Assembly: GCA_002269645.1 (NCBI GenBank)
Contig: NIVC01000299.1
Location: forward strand, 1 to 64,000
Direction: 5' to 3'
Source of the DNA: Macrostomum lignano
Taxonomy: Eukaryota
DNA length: 64,000 bases
In this document: in pieces, positions 1-15,654 of the stretch
How positions within the stretch are numbered: the stretch's first letter is position 1
How the letters are laid out: each line of letters opens with the position of its first letter
The notes under the pieces: model-generated
The model's input: only the letters and a program-made list of their open reading frames with translations
Database searches by the model: none
Told to the model about the DNA's origin: nothing
Program-made: the position numbers and the translations under genes

Positions 1-159
1 TTCACTGAACTATTGTATCTATGGTTCAAATTCTTTTACACACTTTGAGCTACATCGATTGCCCGAGAACTCTTTTAAAATGCTCAAGTGCTCGCATTTC
101 AATATTTTTAGAAATTCAAGCTGTTTTTTTAAATTGAAATTTCTGCTTGATTTGACCAG

Positions 160-2979
160 CATGCGTCCATGTACGAAACTGGTGGATGGCAACACGAGAA
201 TTCTCTCAGACGATGAAGTTGTTCAAGTTCGGAAGCTGCTCAGGCGGTACGGCGGCTGTACATCCTGTTTCAGCTCTGTTCGCCATCACCTTCACGGCTC
301 TTTTACTCTGTTCACGATGGCCTACCAGCAGAGGCGAATCCTGGATCCTGAGAGCAAGCAGTTCAAGTGAGTCACTTTTTGTGCTGTCTTTAGGAATAAG
401 GGTGGTAGAGGATCTGGGAGGCTGGCCCAGCAACTGGGATCTGGGAGGCTGGCCCAGCAACTGAGGATCTGGGAGGCTGGCCCAGCAACTGAGGATCTGG
501 GAGGCTGGCCCAGCAACTGGGATCTGGGAGGCTGGCCAGCAACTGAGGATCTGGGAGGCTGGTCTACCAACTGAGGATCTGGGAGCTGGCTTAGCAACTG
601 AGGATCTGAGAGGCTGGCTTAGCAACTGAGGATCTGGGAGGCTGGCTTAGCAACTGAGGATCTGGGAGGCTGGTCCAGCAACTGAGGATCTGGGAGGCTG
701 GTCTACCAACTGAGGATCTGGGAGACTGGCCCAGCAACGGAGAATCTAGGAGGCTGGCCCAGCAACTGAGGATCTGGGAGGCTGGCCCAGCAACTGGGGA
801 TCTGGGAGGCTGGCCCAGCAACTGAGGATCTGGGAGGCTGGTCTACCAACTGAGGATCTGGGAGCTGGCTTAGCAACTGAGGATCTGAGAGGCTGGCTTA
901 GCAACTGAGGATCTGGGAGGCTGGCTTAGCAACTGAGGATCTGGGAGGCTGGTCCAGCAACTGAGGATCTGGGAGGCTGGTCTACCAACTGAGGATCTGG
1001 GAGACTGGCCCAGCAACGGAGAATCTAGGAGGCTGGCCCAGCAACTGAGGATCTGGGAGGCTGGTCCAGCAACTGAGGATCTGGGAGGCTGGTCCAGCAA
1101 CTGAGGATCTGCGAGACTGGCCCAGCAACGGAGAATCTAGGAGGCTGGCCCAGCAACTGAGGATCTGGGAGGCTGGTCCAGCAACTGAGGATCTGGGAGG
1201 CTGGTCCAGCAACTGAGGATCTGCGAGACTGGCCCAGCAACGGAGAATCTGGGAGGCTGGCCGCAACTGAGGATCTGGGAGGCTGGTCCAGCAACTGAGG
1301 ATCTGGGAGGCTGGTCCAGCAACTGAGGATCTGGAGACTGGCCCAGCAACGGAGAATCTTGGAGGCTGGTCCAGCAACTGAGGATCCGGGAGGTTGGCAA
1401 GCAACTGAGGATCTGAGAGGCTGGCTTAGCAACGGAGGATCTGGAGGCTGGCTTAGCAACTGAGGATCTGGGAGGCTGGCCCAGCAACTGAGGATCTGGA
1501 GGCTGGTCTAGCAACTGAGGATCCGGGATGCTGGCCCAGCAACTGAGGATCTGGGAGGCTGGCTTAGCAACGGAGGATCTGGGAGCTGGCTTAGCAACTG
1601 AGGATCTGAGAGGCTGGCTTAACAACGGAGGATCTGGGAGGCTGGCTTAGCAACTGAGGATCTGGGAGGCTGGCCCAACTGAGGATCTGGGAGGCTGGTC
1701 TAGCAACTGAGGATCTGAGAGGCTGGCTTAGCAACGGAGGATCTGGGAGGCTGGCTTAGCAACTGAGGATCTGGGAGGCTGGCTTAGCAACTGAGGATCT
1801 GGGAGGCTGGCTTAGCAACTGAGGATCTGGGTGGCTGGTCCAGCAACTGAGGATCTGGGAGGCTGGTCTAGCAACTGAGGATCTGGGAGGCTGGTTCAGC
1901 AACTGAGGATCTGGGAGGCTGGTCTAGCAACTGAGGATCTGGGAGGCTGGCTTAGCAACTGAGGATCTGGGTGGCTGGTTCAGCAACTGAGGATCTGGGA
2001 GGCTGGCCCAGCAACTGAGGATCTGGGAGGCTGGTCTAGCAACTGAGGATCTGAGAGGCTGGCTTAGCAACGGAGGATCTGGGAGGCTGGCTTAGCAACT
2101 GAGGATCCGGGAGGCTGGCCCAGAAACTGAGGATCTGGGAGGCTGGCAGCCCAGCAACTGAGGATCCAGGAGGTTGGCCCAGCAACTGAGGATCTGAGAG
2201 GCTGGCTTAGCAACGGAGGATCTGGGAGGCTGGCTTAGCAACTGAGGATCTGGGAGGCTGGCTTAGCAACTGAGGATCTGGGAGGCTGGCTTAGCAACTG
2301 AGGATCTGGGAGGCTGGCTTAGCAACTGAGGATCTGGGAGGCTGGTCTAGCAACTGAGGATCTGGGAGGCTGGTTCAGCAACTGAGGATCTGGGAGGCTG
2401 GTCTAGCAACTGAGGATCTGGGAGGCTGGTCCAGCAACTGAGGATCTGGGAGGCTGGCTTAGCAACTGAGGATCTGGGTGGCTGGTTCAGCAACTGAGGA
2501 TCTGGGAGGCTTGTCTAGCAACTGAGGATCTGGGAGGCTGGTTCAGCAACTGAGGATCTGGGAGGCTGGCCCAGCAACTGAGGATCCGGGAGGCTGGCCC
2601 AGCATCTGAGGATCTGGGAGGCTGGCTTAGCAACGGAGGATCTGGGAGGCTGGCCAAACCTTCCAATGCACGGACTCAGAGCCTGTGCGCTACCTAACGA
2701 TGAGGAAGTCAGAGCCGTTGTACACCCTGCGGGAGCGTGTGCAATAGCCAAGTCAAGCTGCTCCTGACAGCTCAGCCACTGACCGAACTGACTCGCAGGG
2801 CCATGCTGTACGCTATGTCGTCATCCTCGCTGCTGGCAATGCTGTTCTGCCTGATCATGTCGCACCTGCAGTGCCAGTCATTGGAGATCCTCAAAGCCGT
2901 GTACATCAAGAAGATGCAGAGCGGAGATCTTGTCGGTGAAGTCGCTGAAGAGCCGGACAGCACCAAGAAGACTGTGTGA
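160..2979 (+). CDS. 3' part of an unidentified gene (two putative exons; 5' end outside window)
   Basis: Exon 160-366 lies between TTTGACCAG and GTGAGT and ends in phase 2. Exon 2748-2979 follows CAATAG in the compatible phase and reads ..NQVKLLLTAQPL..AMLYAMSSSSLLAMLFCLIMSHL..KKTV-stop, with one hydrophobic stretch. No family recognised. Confidence 0.45.
408..2655. repeat. 28-bp minisatellite (GAGGATCTGGGAGGCTGGCCCAGCAACT)n, ~80 copies with variants
   Basis: Periodicity read directly (e.g. units at 463 and 491). Fills the putative intron 367-2747. Confidence 0.97.
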
Positions 2980-3143
2980 GCAGAGGACTGACTAATCACT
3001 ATTTTACCTGCGTCTTTGTACTTAAATTTCTGCGCGAATCTTTGTACCAATGCTTTTGTAATTCCAATTTATAAATATATAAAACGAGAAACAAAATACA
3101 TCAACCAAGTGGCTGGTGATTGCTCCCGACTAGAGCTGACTTC

Positions 3144-3709
3144 ATTCCTGCTGTAATCCTGCTGTATTCCTGCTGTATTCCTGCTGTATTCCTGCTGTAC
3201 TCCTGCTGTATTCCTGCTGTATTCCTGCTGTATTCCTGCTGTGTTCCTGCTGTATTCCTGCTGTAATCCTGCTGTATTCCTGCTGTATTCCTGCTGTACT
3301 CCTGCTGTATTCCTGCTGTATTCCTGCTGTATTCCTGCTGTATTCCTGCTGTGTTCCTGCTGTATTCCTGCTGTAATCCTGCTGTATTCCTGCTGTATTC
3401 CTGCTGTATTCCTGCTGTACTCCTGCTGTATTCCTGCTGTATTCCTGCTGTATTCCTGCTGTGTTCCTGCTGTATTCCTGCTGTATTCCTGCTGTTTTCC
3501 TGCTGTATTCCTGCTGTATTCCTGCTGTATTCCTGCTGTATTCCTGCTGTATTCCTGCTGTATTCCTGCTGTATTCCTGCTGTGTTCCCGCTGTAATCCT
3601 GCTGTATTCCTGCTGTGTTCCCGCTGTATTCCTGCTGTATTCCTGCTGTATTCCTGCTGTGTTCCTGCTGTATTCCTGCTGTATTCCTGCTGTGTTCCTG
3701 CTGTATCCT
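3144..3709. repeat. 11-bp minisatellite (TATTCCTGCTG)n, ~50 copies
   Basis: Read directly; accounts for the repetitive ORFs at 3069-4071. Confidence 0.97.
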
Positions 3710-4088
3710 CACACACTGAACGGTGGTTAAGCGCAGCGCCAGACGGACAGCCCGGATCAAGCGAGCTGACCAACGCTCTCTGCCACGTCACGAAGCCCAC
3801 GCTGCCCTGCCGGACCCTGAGCCCTGCGCCATCTGTTGCCCGCCTGCCTTCCCCTCAGACACGTGGGGCAAACTCTGAGCAACCCTGCCCAGGCGCGTAC
3901 AATCCCAGTGGGGGATCTGAGGGGATATTTCCACCGATCTTCCACTCCGTTCTTATTGTGTCTCAGCTTTCCCCAACTCTGCAGAGTTCAGTCAGTGAAA
4001 GAATTTACACGGGAAATCACAGAGGCAACTTTGTGCAGCTCAATTTCATTGTTCCTCTTATTTTTGTTTGACTGAGAAATTCGGCTGT

Positions 4089-6195
<2,107 letters not shown>

Positions 6196-6496
6196 TGCTT
6201 ATTCTGGCACTCGACCGACTTGTTCTTCTTTTTCTATTTTGAATCGAAATTGCTGTCAAAACGTTGTTGGACTTTAATAGAAATAAAAATATGGTAAATA
6301 ATAAGACCGATTTCTTCAAAAGCATGTAAAATCCCTATTTTTGCTCACTATCTGATCTCTTGCTGATTTATACTACTGTTATCGCAGTAGTATGATTTGA
6401 ACATAAAATTACATTTTTATAATATTTAGGACATTTGAATGTCGTCAAAAACTGTCAGCAAATTGATTGCCAGCTATTTGACGCCCAACAATTTAA

Positions 6497-6681
6497 GGGT
6501 TTGGATTTAGGTTGGGGCTTTGTTTGGGGTTTAGTTTAGGTTTAGATTAGAGTTTATTTTAGGCTTAGTTTATGGTTTCGCTTCGAATTTTTGTTTAGGG
6601 TTTAGGTTAGGGTTTAGGTTAGCGTTCAGCTAAGGTTTAGGTTTGGGTTTAGGTTAATGTTTAGGCTAGGGTTGGGGTTGG
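6497..6681 (+). repeat. Degenerate telomere-like (TTAGGG/TTTAGG) tract
   Basis: e.g. TTTAGGGTTTAGGTTAGGGTTTAGGTTAG at ~6594-6622; strongly G/T-biased. Confidence 0.6.
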
Positions 6682-7187
6682 CGACAGTCAGTTGTCGTAG
6701 ACGCCTGTGCGTCATGGACAGAACGGAGAGGTGAAAAGCCATTAAATTAACAACAAATAAATGCCGCAGCAGTTTAGATCCAGGGGGGTGGCACAGACCT
6801 GGGCCTCACAACCAGGAAACTCGGCAGGCGGACTCGAAACCCGTAGCCGCACTGCAGTGCGATAAGCTGGGCCACCGAGTCATTAAATTCATCGGACTGC
6901 ACATTCGATTCGCACCGCTGGTGGCTGCGATAAGCTCTGGGAGGCCGCCAGCTGCTTCTCGCGAGCTGCCGTCCCACCTCTGCGTCTCCCTTCCCCCGTC
7001 TCCCTGCCGCTGTCTCTCTTTCCAGTAGAAACTGCAGGGACTCTCCAAGCAGGCCAGGGAGCTGCAATTCCTCACTAAAGTTTTGGGTATTTTTACTCAG
7101 TTGCCCAGCCGAAGCAGTCGACAGCACTAAACTTGATCGCCAGCCCAGCAGTCTGCCGATGCCAACGGCCCTATGCGAAGGCAATTC

Positions 7188-10100
7188 ATGGAGCGAGTCG
7201 GGCTGCTGCTATTCGCCTTGGTGTGCGTGCAGCTGCCGCAGCCGCACAGCCACGGCCACGATGGTCTTGAGCCAAATCAGCTGTTGGAATCGGCGTACAA
7301 TCCGAAATTTACTGAATCAGGGTGAGTTTCCCATCCTAGCTCCTAACATTGGAGCTTGGCTACCGATTGTGACTCCTACCTCTCCAAGACAGTGACTCCC
7401 AACTCTCCAAGACAGTGACTCCCAACTCTCCAAGACAGTGACTCCCAACTCTCCAAGACAGTGACTCCCAACTCTCCAAGACAGTGACTCCCAACTCTCC
7501 AAGACAGTGACTCCCAACTCTCCAACACAGTGACTACCAACTCTTCAAGACAGTGACTCCCAACTCTCCAAGACAGGGACTGCCAACCCTCCAAGACAGT
7601 GACTCCCAACTCTCCAAGACAGGGACTGCCAACCCTCCAAGACAAGTGACTCCCAACTCTCCAACACAGTGACTCCCAACTCTCCATCACATTTAACTAG
7701 ACAATATAAGGATTAAAAATACCCCACCATAGGTACGGCATCTGCGATCTTCATAACGACGTCCCTGTGGTACAGAGCTCTCTCATCACAATATACTCAC
7801 CGACGATAAGCAACGATAGCAATCTCTATCCACCGAATGTCAACTGCTCCGTGCTCATCCGCGCGACTGAGCCCGGCGCCCTGTTCCAGATCAAGTTCAG
7901 CCACCTGCACATTGAAAAGCCGGACGACCAGTCATGCGTTCGGGATAGTCTGGTCTTTGAAGAGGCCGCTTTCAACTCCAGCGTCGAATGCTGCGGCAGC
8001 GTCTGCACCCTGAGCGACGGCCGACAAGACACCGTTTGGAAGAGCCTTGGCTCGGACATTCGGTTAATCTTTCGATCGGACAGTCAAATTGAGAAAACGG
8101 GCTTCAAGGTGACTTTGTCGCAGTACCTGCCCGTGCACTGCATCAGCGGAGAGCAGAACCTCGAGGCCACAACGGATAGCATCGTCTCAATCGACAGGCC
8201 CAATGCGGACCGCGTGAGCCTATGCTATGTAAACATAACTTCGAGCTCGCCACGAAGGATGTTGCTGCTTGACTTCGAATCGTTCCGGTTGGACTATTCA
8301 GGCGCAAGCTGTGTGTACGACCGGCTAGAGATCATTCATGCCATTGGCAACGAAACTTTCAACGATTATGGCTGTGGCTATCGAACGCCGTTCTACTACC
8401 ACATTAACTCCGATTCGGCCTCAATCGCCTTCAGAACTGACAGCAAGTCCACCAGCCGGTTCAGAATCCGGTACACCGACTTAAAGAGGGAAGAGTGGGA
8501 GTACCGCAAGCGCATTGACGAGTTCACTCTGGAAGATGACAAGCCCGTGACTATCGATCTCAGCCAAGTGGCGCCAAACTACGTCACGGAGATTGACAGC
8601 GCCTTTTACAACCACAGCACCTACATCTTCAAGTTCGAGACCGCCTACGCCAGAAAAATCAACGCCACGCTGTCTTTCGTCAATGCAACTTCGCGCAACC
8701 AATCCGAGTGCTACAGAAACCTGATCTTGGCCTACTCGGACCGGCTGATGGCGTCTCCTACACCAAGGGACCTGCTGGAGCACAACTTCATGAACGAACC
8801 AAACACGACCGGCTTGACTTGTCTTGACCCGGTAGAATTTGACAGGCTGTCGCCTCAGATGATGGTGTTTGTATTCTCGCTCTACTCTCGAGTGCTGGAC
8901 CCGCTAGTTTTGACTGTCCAGGCCAGCAGAATGCGAGACCGCATGGGCAACGATTCTAGCGAAGTTGGCGACAGTCCAATGATTGCTGACTCACGAATCG
9001 CCACCTATAAAAACTTCAGCTTCATCTACTCTTTCAAATCTTTACAGGAAAAAATGCACGCAATTCAACCCAGACAGAGATCTGTGCAGCTAACCGTGCC
9101 GCTCTACATCAAATCCGCTGAATGGAAGTCCGATGTGTACTTTAACTTTACTCGATTCGGTTTGTACACCGACCCGCCTGATCCGAGCTGTCGCATGAGC
9201 GGCTTCATCATCATCCTGACGGACGCAGACGGTAATGAAGAGACAGAAGGCCCCTACTGCGCGCCCAGCCCCCAATAGTGGTTATGGCTCGGAACAAGTC
9301 GATGGAAACGTGGATTTATTATTTTGAAGACCCGAGAGGGCAGGAGCAGGTGGTCCCTGACGGTGTCGTCCTCAGCTTTAATATAAACCGGTACAAATGC
9401 GACCACGTGAACTTCTGGAACCAGAAACAGGAAATTATTAACGCCGACTGCGTCATGCTGCAGTCGCCCGTGAAAAAGTGCATTGAAAGTGTGTCCAATC
9501 ACTCTGTGACCTTCGTTACACCCGAGCCGTATCTCGTATTTTCGTTATTCACAAACCGATTCTTGACGGCGCTCATGTTGCTCAACGAAACCCAGAGCCT
9601 TCCAGGTCCCTTATCGATGTTCGACAAGGCCAACTGCTCCTCGACCTTAAACTTCGTTCGTCAGCAGATAAATGGATCCTACTTGGTGACTGTCAGCTAC
9701 ACCTCCACCTGTCCGTTCTCGCCTGATCACTGGTCTATCCACCTGGAGCAAAAGTGTCGAACTCGCGTGCCGCACAACGAAATTAAAAATGTCAATTCAG
9801 ATAGCGAGCAGATTGTTCAACATGAATGCGGCTTCTTGGAGACCCCAAATTACCCTTTCGCGTACCAGAACTACGAGGAGCCCCTGGTATGGATCTTCGA
9901 CCCGCTGCAAAGTCGGAACGAGTCGGAAAGCCTCAGTCACTACTACGAGTTTTCGCTGGACGTGTTCACCCTCGACGTGTGCCTGAACAGCAAGCTCCTC
10001 ATGTCCGAGTCCATCAACGGCTCATTCAGCAAGGAGACAACTCTCTGTGGCTACAAGAAAGGGGAGAAGTTCTCCACTATATCAAGTCGAAGACTGCTGT

Positions 10101-13100
10101 TGATGTTTCTGGTAAGTTTACAGGTAAAGTATTTGCACAGAGTTTTTGTTTCCAGATAGGGCAAAGGCCTATTGCATTTAGCCGAACTATTGAGAGGTTG
10201 GTCTTTGAAGATTAAAGTATAAGTGGTAAGATCATTCATTCACCTCCCGCATTTCCAGGCCAGTAAGATATCCCAAACGTCCAGCTCCTACCAGGGCTTC
10301 TCCATATCTTTCAAGCTGAAGCAGGACGCCAGTCGCATGAAGTTCGAGCCCTGCTCCGAGCCAGGATGGATTAGCTTCAACAACTCCTGCTACGCGTACA
10401 AGCGTCCAAGCGCTCCGGTCTCCTGGGATGAAGCCTCAATGGAGTGCTCAAGGCTTGGCGGGCACCTGGTCAGCATCCAGAGCCAGGATGAGATGAACGC
10501 CATCAAACAGATGCTGCTCTACGAATGGCACTCGGAGGCGTTCGCCCATCCGGACGTGTTCATCTACATCGGGCTGCGGGCTCGGCCGGAGGTGCGAACG
10601 GAGTTCCGACCGACAGTTCGAATTCCTCAAGAGGACGAGAGCTTCAACATGGACTATTTCTACCTCAGCAATGTAAGTGGTTGCTCTATAAGACTTGAAA
10701 GTTTCTGTAGGCCCTATAGCTGTTGGACCCTGTTATTGCGATAGAGTGACTGCAATGCTTTGCTGCCTTGCAAAATGTTTATAATTGCGAGGAAGGTGTT
10801 AAAATAATCGAAGCATCAGCCAGTCAGCTGTTCTTCAATAAAACTTAAAATTAGTTTCTACTTCAATAGTTAAATTTAAGTAGCCCCTGACTTAGGTGCT
10901 ACACGGACCTTTTCTGCTAAATTCTGCTTAAAACTACACCTTATTTACGAGCTACATGTACAAATTTCCAGAACTTTGAGTGGAGCAACGGCGAGCCCTT
11001 CGTCTTTCACGAGTGGTTCCCCTCGCATTATGAGACGGTCTACTCGCGCTCTTCGCCCAACGTTCAAGCCTTCATCAATGAGGAATTCCCACAGCCGAGC
11101 AACGATCCCAATTACCCGTGCGTGGGCATGATGCTGCACAACCCGCGGCACCACTCCAACTGGATCAAGGTGCCCTGCAACATCGAGATCAAGGGCCAGA
11201 GCCACATCTGCGAACGGTCTCGAGACGACAATCACAAGGTAGAGTTGGAGCGCCATTTCAACCAGCAGCTGGAGAAGATCCGGGCGGAGGCTCCCACCTG
11301 CGCAGACAACTGGATCGAGCACGAGCGTCAGTGCTACATGCTGTTGACTCTCAACAGTAGTGCCGTGGAACCGAACCTGACTCTGGATGCGGCCAGGCTC
11401 ATGTGCGAGAGGCTGGGCAGCCAGATTGCCACAATGCCGAAGGAGGTCAGCAAGCAGAAGCCTTTCAATCAAATGCTGCGAGTCTGGCGCTACTCGGTGC
11501 AGAGAGGCCGCATATTCGTGTTCTCATCGGACAGGAATCCCTTTTCCGATTACAGCAGAGCTGGCAGCGACGATGATCTAGCGAACGCTTTCAATCCGGT
11601 GGGGTTCAGCTGGATTCATGATGATGTCGAAGCGCCCATATTTCATGAAAACAGACGCGCTGGCGGTGAGATCGGAAGGCTGCCAACTCGGTCCGTGCTT
11701 TGCGAGCGTAGCCCGGTGGCCGAGCAGGTCGGTTGCCGTAGCAACCAATTCGCCTGTCTCGATGGGACCTGCATCAGCAGCGACGGACAGTGTGATGGAA
11801 AGAAGGACTGTCCCAGTGAGTGCATGAAGCGTCAAAAAACGAAAAGACATGAAAACCAGAGCATTCAGTGCTTCTTTAGCAGCAGACGACTCATTTTTAG
11901 CATAGCGGACATCAGTTAAATTATCAATAGTTTGTGAGTTTGTTGGTTCGTCCCTTGTAGTAGATTTTCACTAATCATCGCAGTGAAAGGTGGATCTCTG
12001 AACTTTATAACAATAGCACGTCTTTTTTACTGTTGCACTGTAAGCATACTTAAAGAAAAGTGAGAGAAGTTAGAGTCTGAAGATGCCTGCTTTGGTTGAG
12101 CCAGCTTCAAAAATTCTCTCTTACAAATTCGTTTCTTTCGAAGGTGGCGAGGACGAAATGGACTGCAGCTCGGAAGTTGTCGATCGATTCTTCGAGTGCA
12201 ACAGCGGCGGCACTCATTTGCAGCGGATCAGCTGGTCTCGGCTGTGCGACCACAAGGTCGACTGCAGCACAGGCTTGGACGAGGCCGACTGCCAGTTCAG
12301 CCCGTGCAAAGCGAACGAATTCCAATGCGAGAGAACCAAGGAGTGCATTCCCAATGAGCAGCGGTAAATACTAAACCTAATTTTGGACCTCAGGATCTTT
12401 TTCTTATGTTTGGCCAAGAAGGGAATGAATAATTCATCTGTCTTGCCTCACTAGCAGTGTACAGCGATATATATTTACCTGTAATCATGGTCTATCGACC
12501 GAGATAATATTTCTTCAAATTAAGTGCGAAAAAACAGGTTATTGAGTTTATCAGCAAAATTCTGAATTTCTACTTCAAAGTATGTATAGTTGCAAACCTC
12601 AGGGCATGGCTAATTCAGCCACTCAGAGGTACTTGGTGATGTAAAATGTCTAAAACCAACCCCATTTCAAATGAATTCAGCTGCAACGGCATCAGCTCGT
12701 GCCAGGACCTCACCGACGAGCAGAACTGCGAAACCTGCAACGGCTTCCAGTGCCTCAGCGGTCGGTGCATCCCGAACGGCCTGGTGAACGACACGCAGGT
12801 CGATTGTCCGGGCAGCCTGCTAGAAGACGAGGCCATGACGTGCCTACGCGCCAACAACTGCACCCGAGGCGAGGACGTCATCGATCCGGGCTCGCGGAAG
12901 TTCCCGGACTGCCCCGACAGCCAATGGGAGCGCTGCATGTTAAACCACGTGAAGTGTTTTCCCAGGCGCGACGCGTGCGTCTTCGATCGGCGGCAGTTTG
13001 GCAAGCAGGTCTGCCCGAACATGGAGCACCTGCGCAGCTGCGTGGGCGACCGTGCGGGCTTTGGCTGTCGGCGTCTCTTCCAGTGCCCCTCTGGCTACTG

Positions 13101-15243
13101 CATCCCCGTCTACAGGCTGTGCGACGGCGTGCAGGACTGCAGCGATGGGGCCGATGAGATCGACTGCTCTGAGCCTCCTCTGGTGCGTGCTAAGCATTTG
13201 CTGTTTTGCAAACTGTCTGATAATTTGATAGTTTATAATTGACATCCACCTCCATTACAGCTTATTGGTCACCTACGCTGTCGCAGCCCTCACGGCGTAC
13301 TTGGCTCGTTCAACATCAGCGTGCCGGCGGAGAATTCCTGCGACGGGATCGCTCACTGTCGAGACGGCGAGGACGAGGCCTTCTGCGACATGGAATGCCG
13401 GCAGCCCTGCAACTGTCGTGGCTACATCACGGAGTGCCTGCGTCCACTGAACTTCAACATCAATCAGACTGTCTCGCCGTTGACCAGGGCGCTGTACTTG
13501 AGTGGCAACACGCAGGTCTCTGCGAAGCCTGGTGACTTTGACCACCTGTCCCTGCTTGGCCTGCTTGAAATGCGCAGTATCGGCCTTAAAGAGATTGCTG
13601 TTGGCCTGTTCTTTTACCTGGTGAATCTGCGCTACCTTGATTTGAGTAACAACGAAATCAGCATCATACCAGGCCATGTCTGGGCCGGTCTGGTACATCT
13701 GAACACGCTGCTGATTCGAGGTAACCCGATAGTAACCATTGAGAGCTTCGGCTTCGCTCACCTGCCACTCGTAGTGGACCTCGACCTCTCGAATATGAGC
13801 ATAGCCAGCCTGCCGAACTATTTTCTCTTCGATAGCAACAGCACGCGCCACCTGAATCTGAGCCGGAACCCACTAAAAAGCATCGAGGAGATGGCTTTCA
13901 CCGGCGGGCCGCATCAGCTCAACACCCTGGACTTGTCTGGCACCGGCCAGGACGTCTACATTCCCATCGGGACATTTTCAAAGCTGAGCCGGCTGGACAA
14001 TCTGTACACCGACTCCTTCAAATTCTGCTGTCTGGCTGATGGCATCGCCGTGAACTGCACACCGCCAGCTGACGGCTTCAGCTCGTGCGACGATCTACTT
14101 GGCGATCTGGCGCAGCAGGTCATGGTTTGGATCTTCGGCTGCCTGGCTTTATTTGGAAACCTGTTCGTCATCGCGTGGCGAGTGGTGAAGAAGCTGCTGA
14201 AGAAGACTACGGACTTTCTGATCTTAAACCTCAGTCTGGCAGACCTGCTGATGGGTGTGTACCTGTTGATCATAGCTGGCACCGACACCTCCTACCGCCA
14301 CATTTACATCGCTCACGACGACCAGTGGCGCGCCTCCAGCCTGTGCACCGTCTGCGCCATCCTGGCCACCATCAGCAGCGAGGTCTCCGTCACCATTTTA
14401 GCCTTCCTGTCGTACGACCGCTACAAGCTGACTGTGCAGCGCTTCAAGCAGCACGGCTGGACCCTGCAGAGAGTGGCCATCATAGTTGGCAGCACCTGGC
14501 TCGCAACTTGCAGTTTCTCGCTGCTGTTTCTATCGGAGACAGTGCGCAGGAACATGCCCTATAACCTGAACGCGGCCTGCTCGCCCTTCTACCTAGACAG
14601 CCAGATCCCCATGCTCCAGCGGGTCCCGCAGTTTGTTGCCATCGTGTACAACTGCGCCGCTTTTGCCTTCATGACCGGCTGCTACCTGCGCGTGTTTCTG
14701 TACCTCAAGAACACGCGCCGAAAGGCGAAGCGCAAAGCGATGGACATCGACCACTTGATGGCTCGCCGTTTATTCCTGCTGGTGCTGACGGATCTCATCT
14801 GCTGGCTGCCAACCATCGTGCTGTTCTTGTTAGTGTCGTCCGGCTACAAAATCTCCCGCACGACCACTACCGGCCTGGTGATATTCGCCCTGCCAATCAA
14901 CTCGGCGTTGAACCCCTACCTGTACACGGTCTCCCGCCTGCGGATGTTCTGTCGGGAGAGCAAGGAGAAGCTGCACCGGCGCCAGGCTCTCGAGACAATT
15001 TCGGCCTATCTGGAAAACCGACGTCGCCTGTCCTCGACGAAAGACCTGACGATCGAGCCCAGGCAGTCGCCTTCCCAGTCGCAGACGTGCGCCCAAACGC
15101 AGACAAATTTTGGGTTCGAATTCGACGAACCAGTTCAGCTGCATCACCGCGCCAACGCTTCTTCTCCCGACGCGGTACACGTACATGCAGTCCAAACCCA
15201 TGACAGCGCTGATGAGGATCCGAGTGACGGAGTATTCCTGTAA
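7188..15243 (+). CDS. GRL101/RXFP-like LRR GPCR with extended ectodomain (multiple CUB, 2 C-type lectin, ~7 LDLa, LRRs, 7TM); ~2,158 aa after repairing one frame break
   Basis: Exons 7188-7321 (signal peptide MERVGLLLFALVCVQL), 7733-10111, 10259-10672, 10972-11815, 12144-12363, 12681-13182 and 13261-15243, all phase-compatible GT..AG. Sum is 6476 nt, one short of 2159 codons; the frame breaks at the C5 run 9269-9273. Motifs: CUB (YPPNVNC..FRSD..GF), CTL (WDEASMEC..GGHLVSI; WSNGEP), LDLa (CDGVQDCSDGADEIDC), LRR (LRYLDLSNNEI), hinge LYTDSFKFCC, TM motifs GNLFVI, NLSLADLLMG, DRY, CWLP, NSALNPYLY. Confidence 0.92.
7368..7686. repeat. 23-bp minisatellite (GTGACTCCCAACTCTCCAAGACA)n in GPCR intron 1
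   Basis: Units at 7392, 7415 and onward; lies within intron 7322-7732. Confidence 0.95.
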
Positions 15244-15654
15244 TTCCATCTACATTTATTGCTTCTACCGAAACGCTCGCACTTTTCTACTTGAAATTGA
15301 CTCTGAGGCTTTATTTTCATTTCATGTACAGTTTCGTGTCTCTCATTTTTACTTGACATGATCGGCTTACATTGAAGAGTGAAAATCTTTATGTACTGTA
15401 TTGTTCGCCTAGGAGAATATAACATAATCGGGGCAGATGCAGAGTAAATTTGCACCACTTCATCAATTTAACAATTTGCTTTTGTTAGATTTTATTCGTT
15501 TAAATTGTCTCAGAGTCGTCAGGGGGGCACAAGGGGGGCCGCTGTTTGCCCTCTCACTAGACTGGTAAAAATTAGAGCGCGCCCTCGCACCAGGTTTGGC
15601 GCCCCTGGTCTCAAATTTAGCAGCTTCCCAAACTAAATTAAAAAAACAATTGAA

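Noticed and set aside
408-2655. Many ORFs (206-2751) with repetitive PRSSVAGPASQILSC-type translations
   Set aside because: They are translations of a 28-bp array whose unit is not a multiple of 3 and which lies in a probable intron. The same applies to ORFs in the other arrays (3069-4071, 4207-4782, 5367-6188, 24206-24671, 37784-38868, 63228-63780).
6855-6940. Two GCGATAAGCT (GATA-like) motifs upstream of the GPCR
   Set aside because: Two short motifs are expected by chance, with no independent support.
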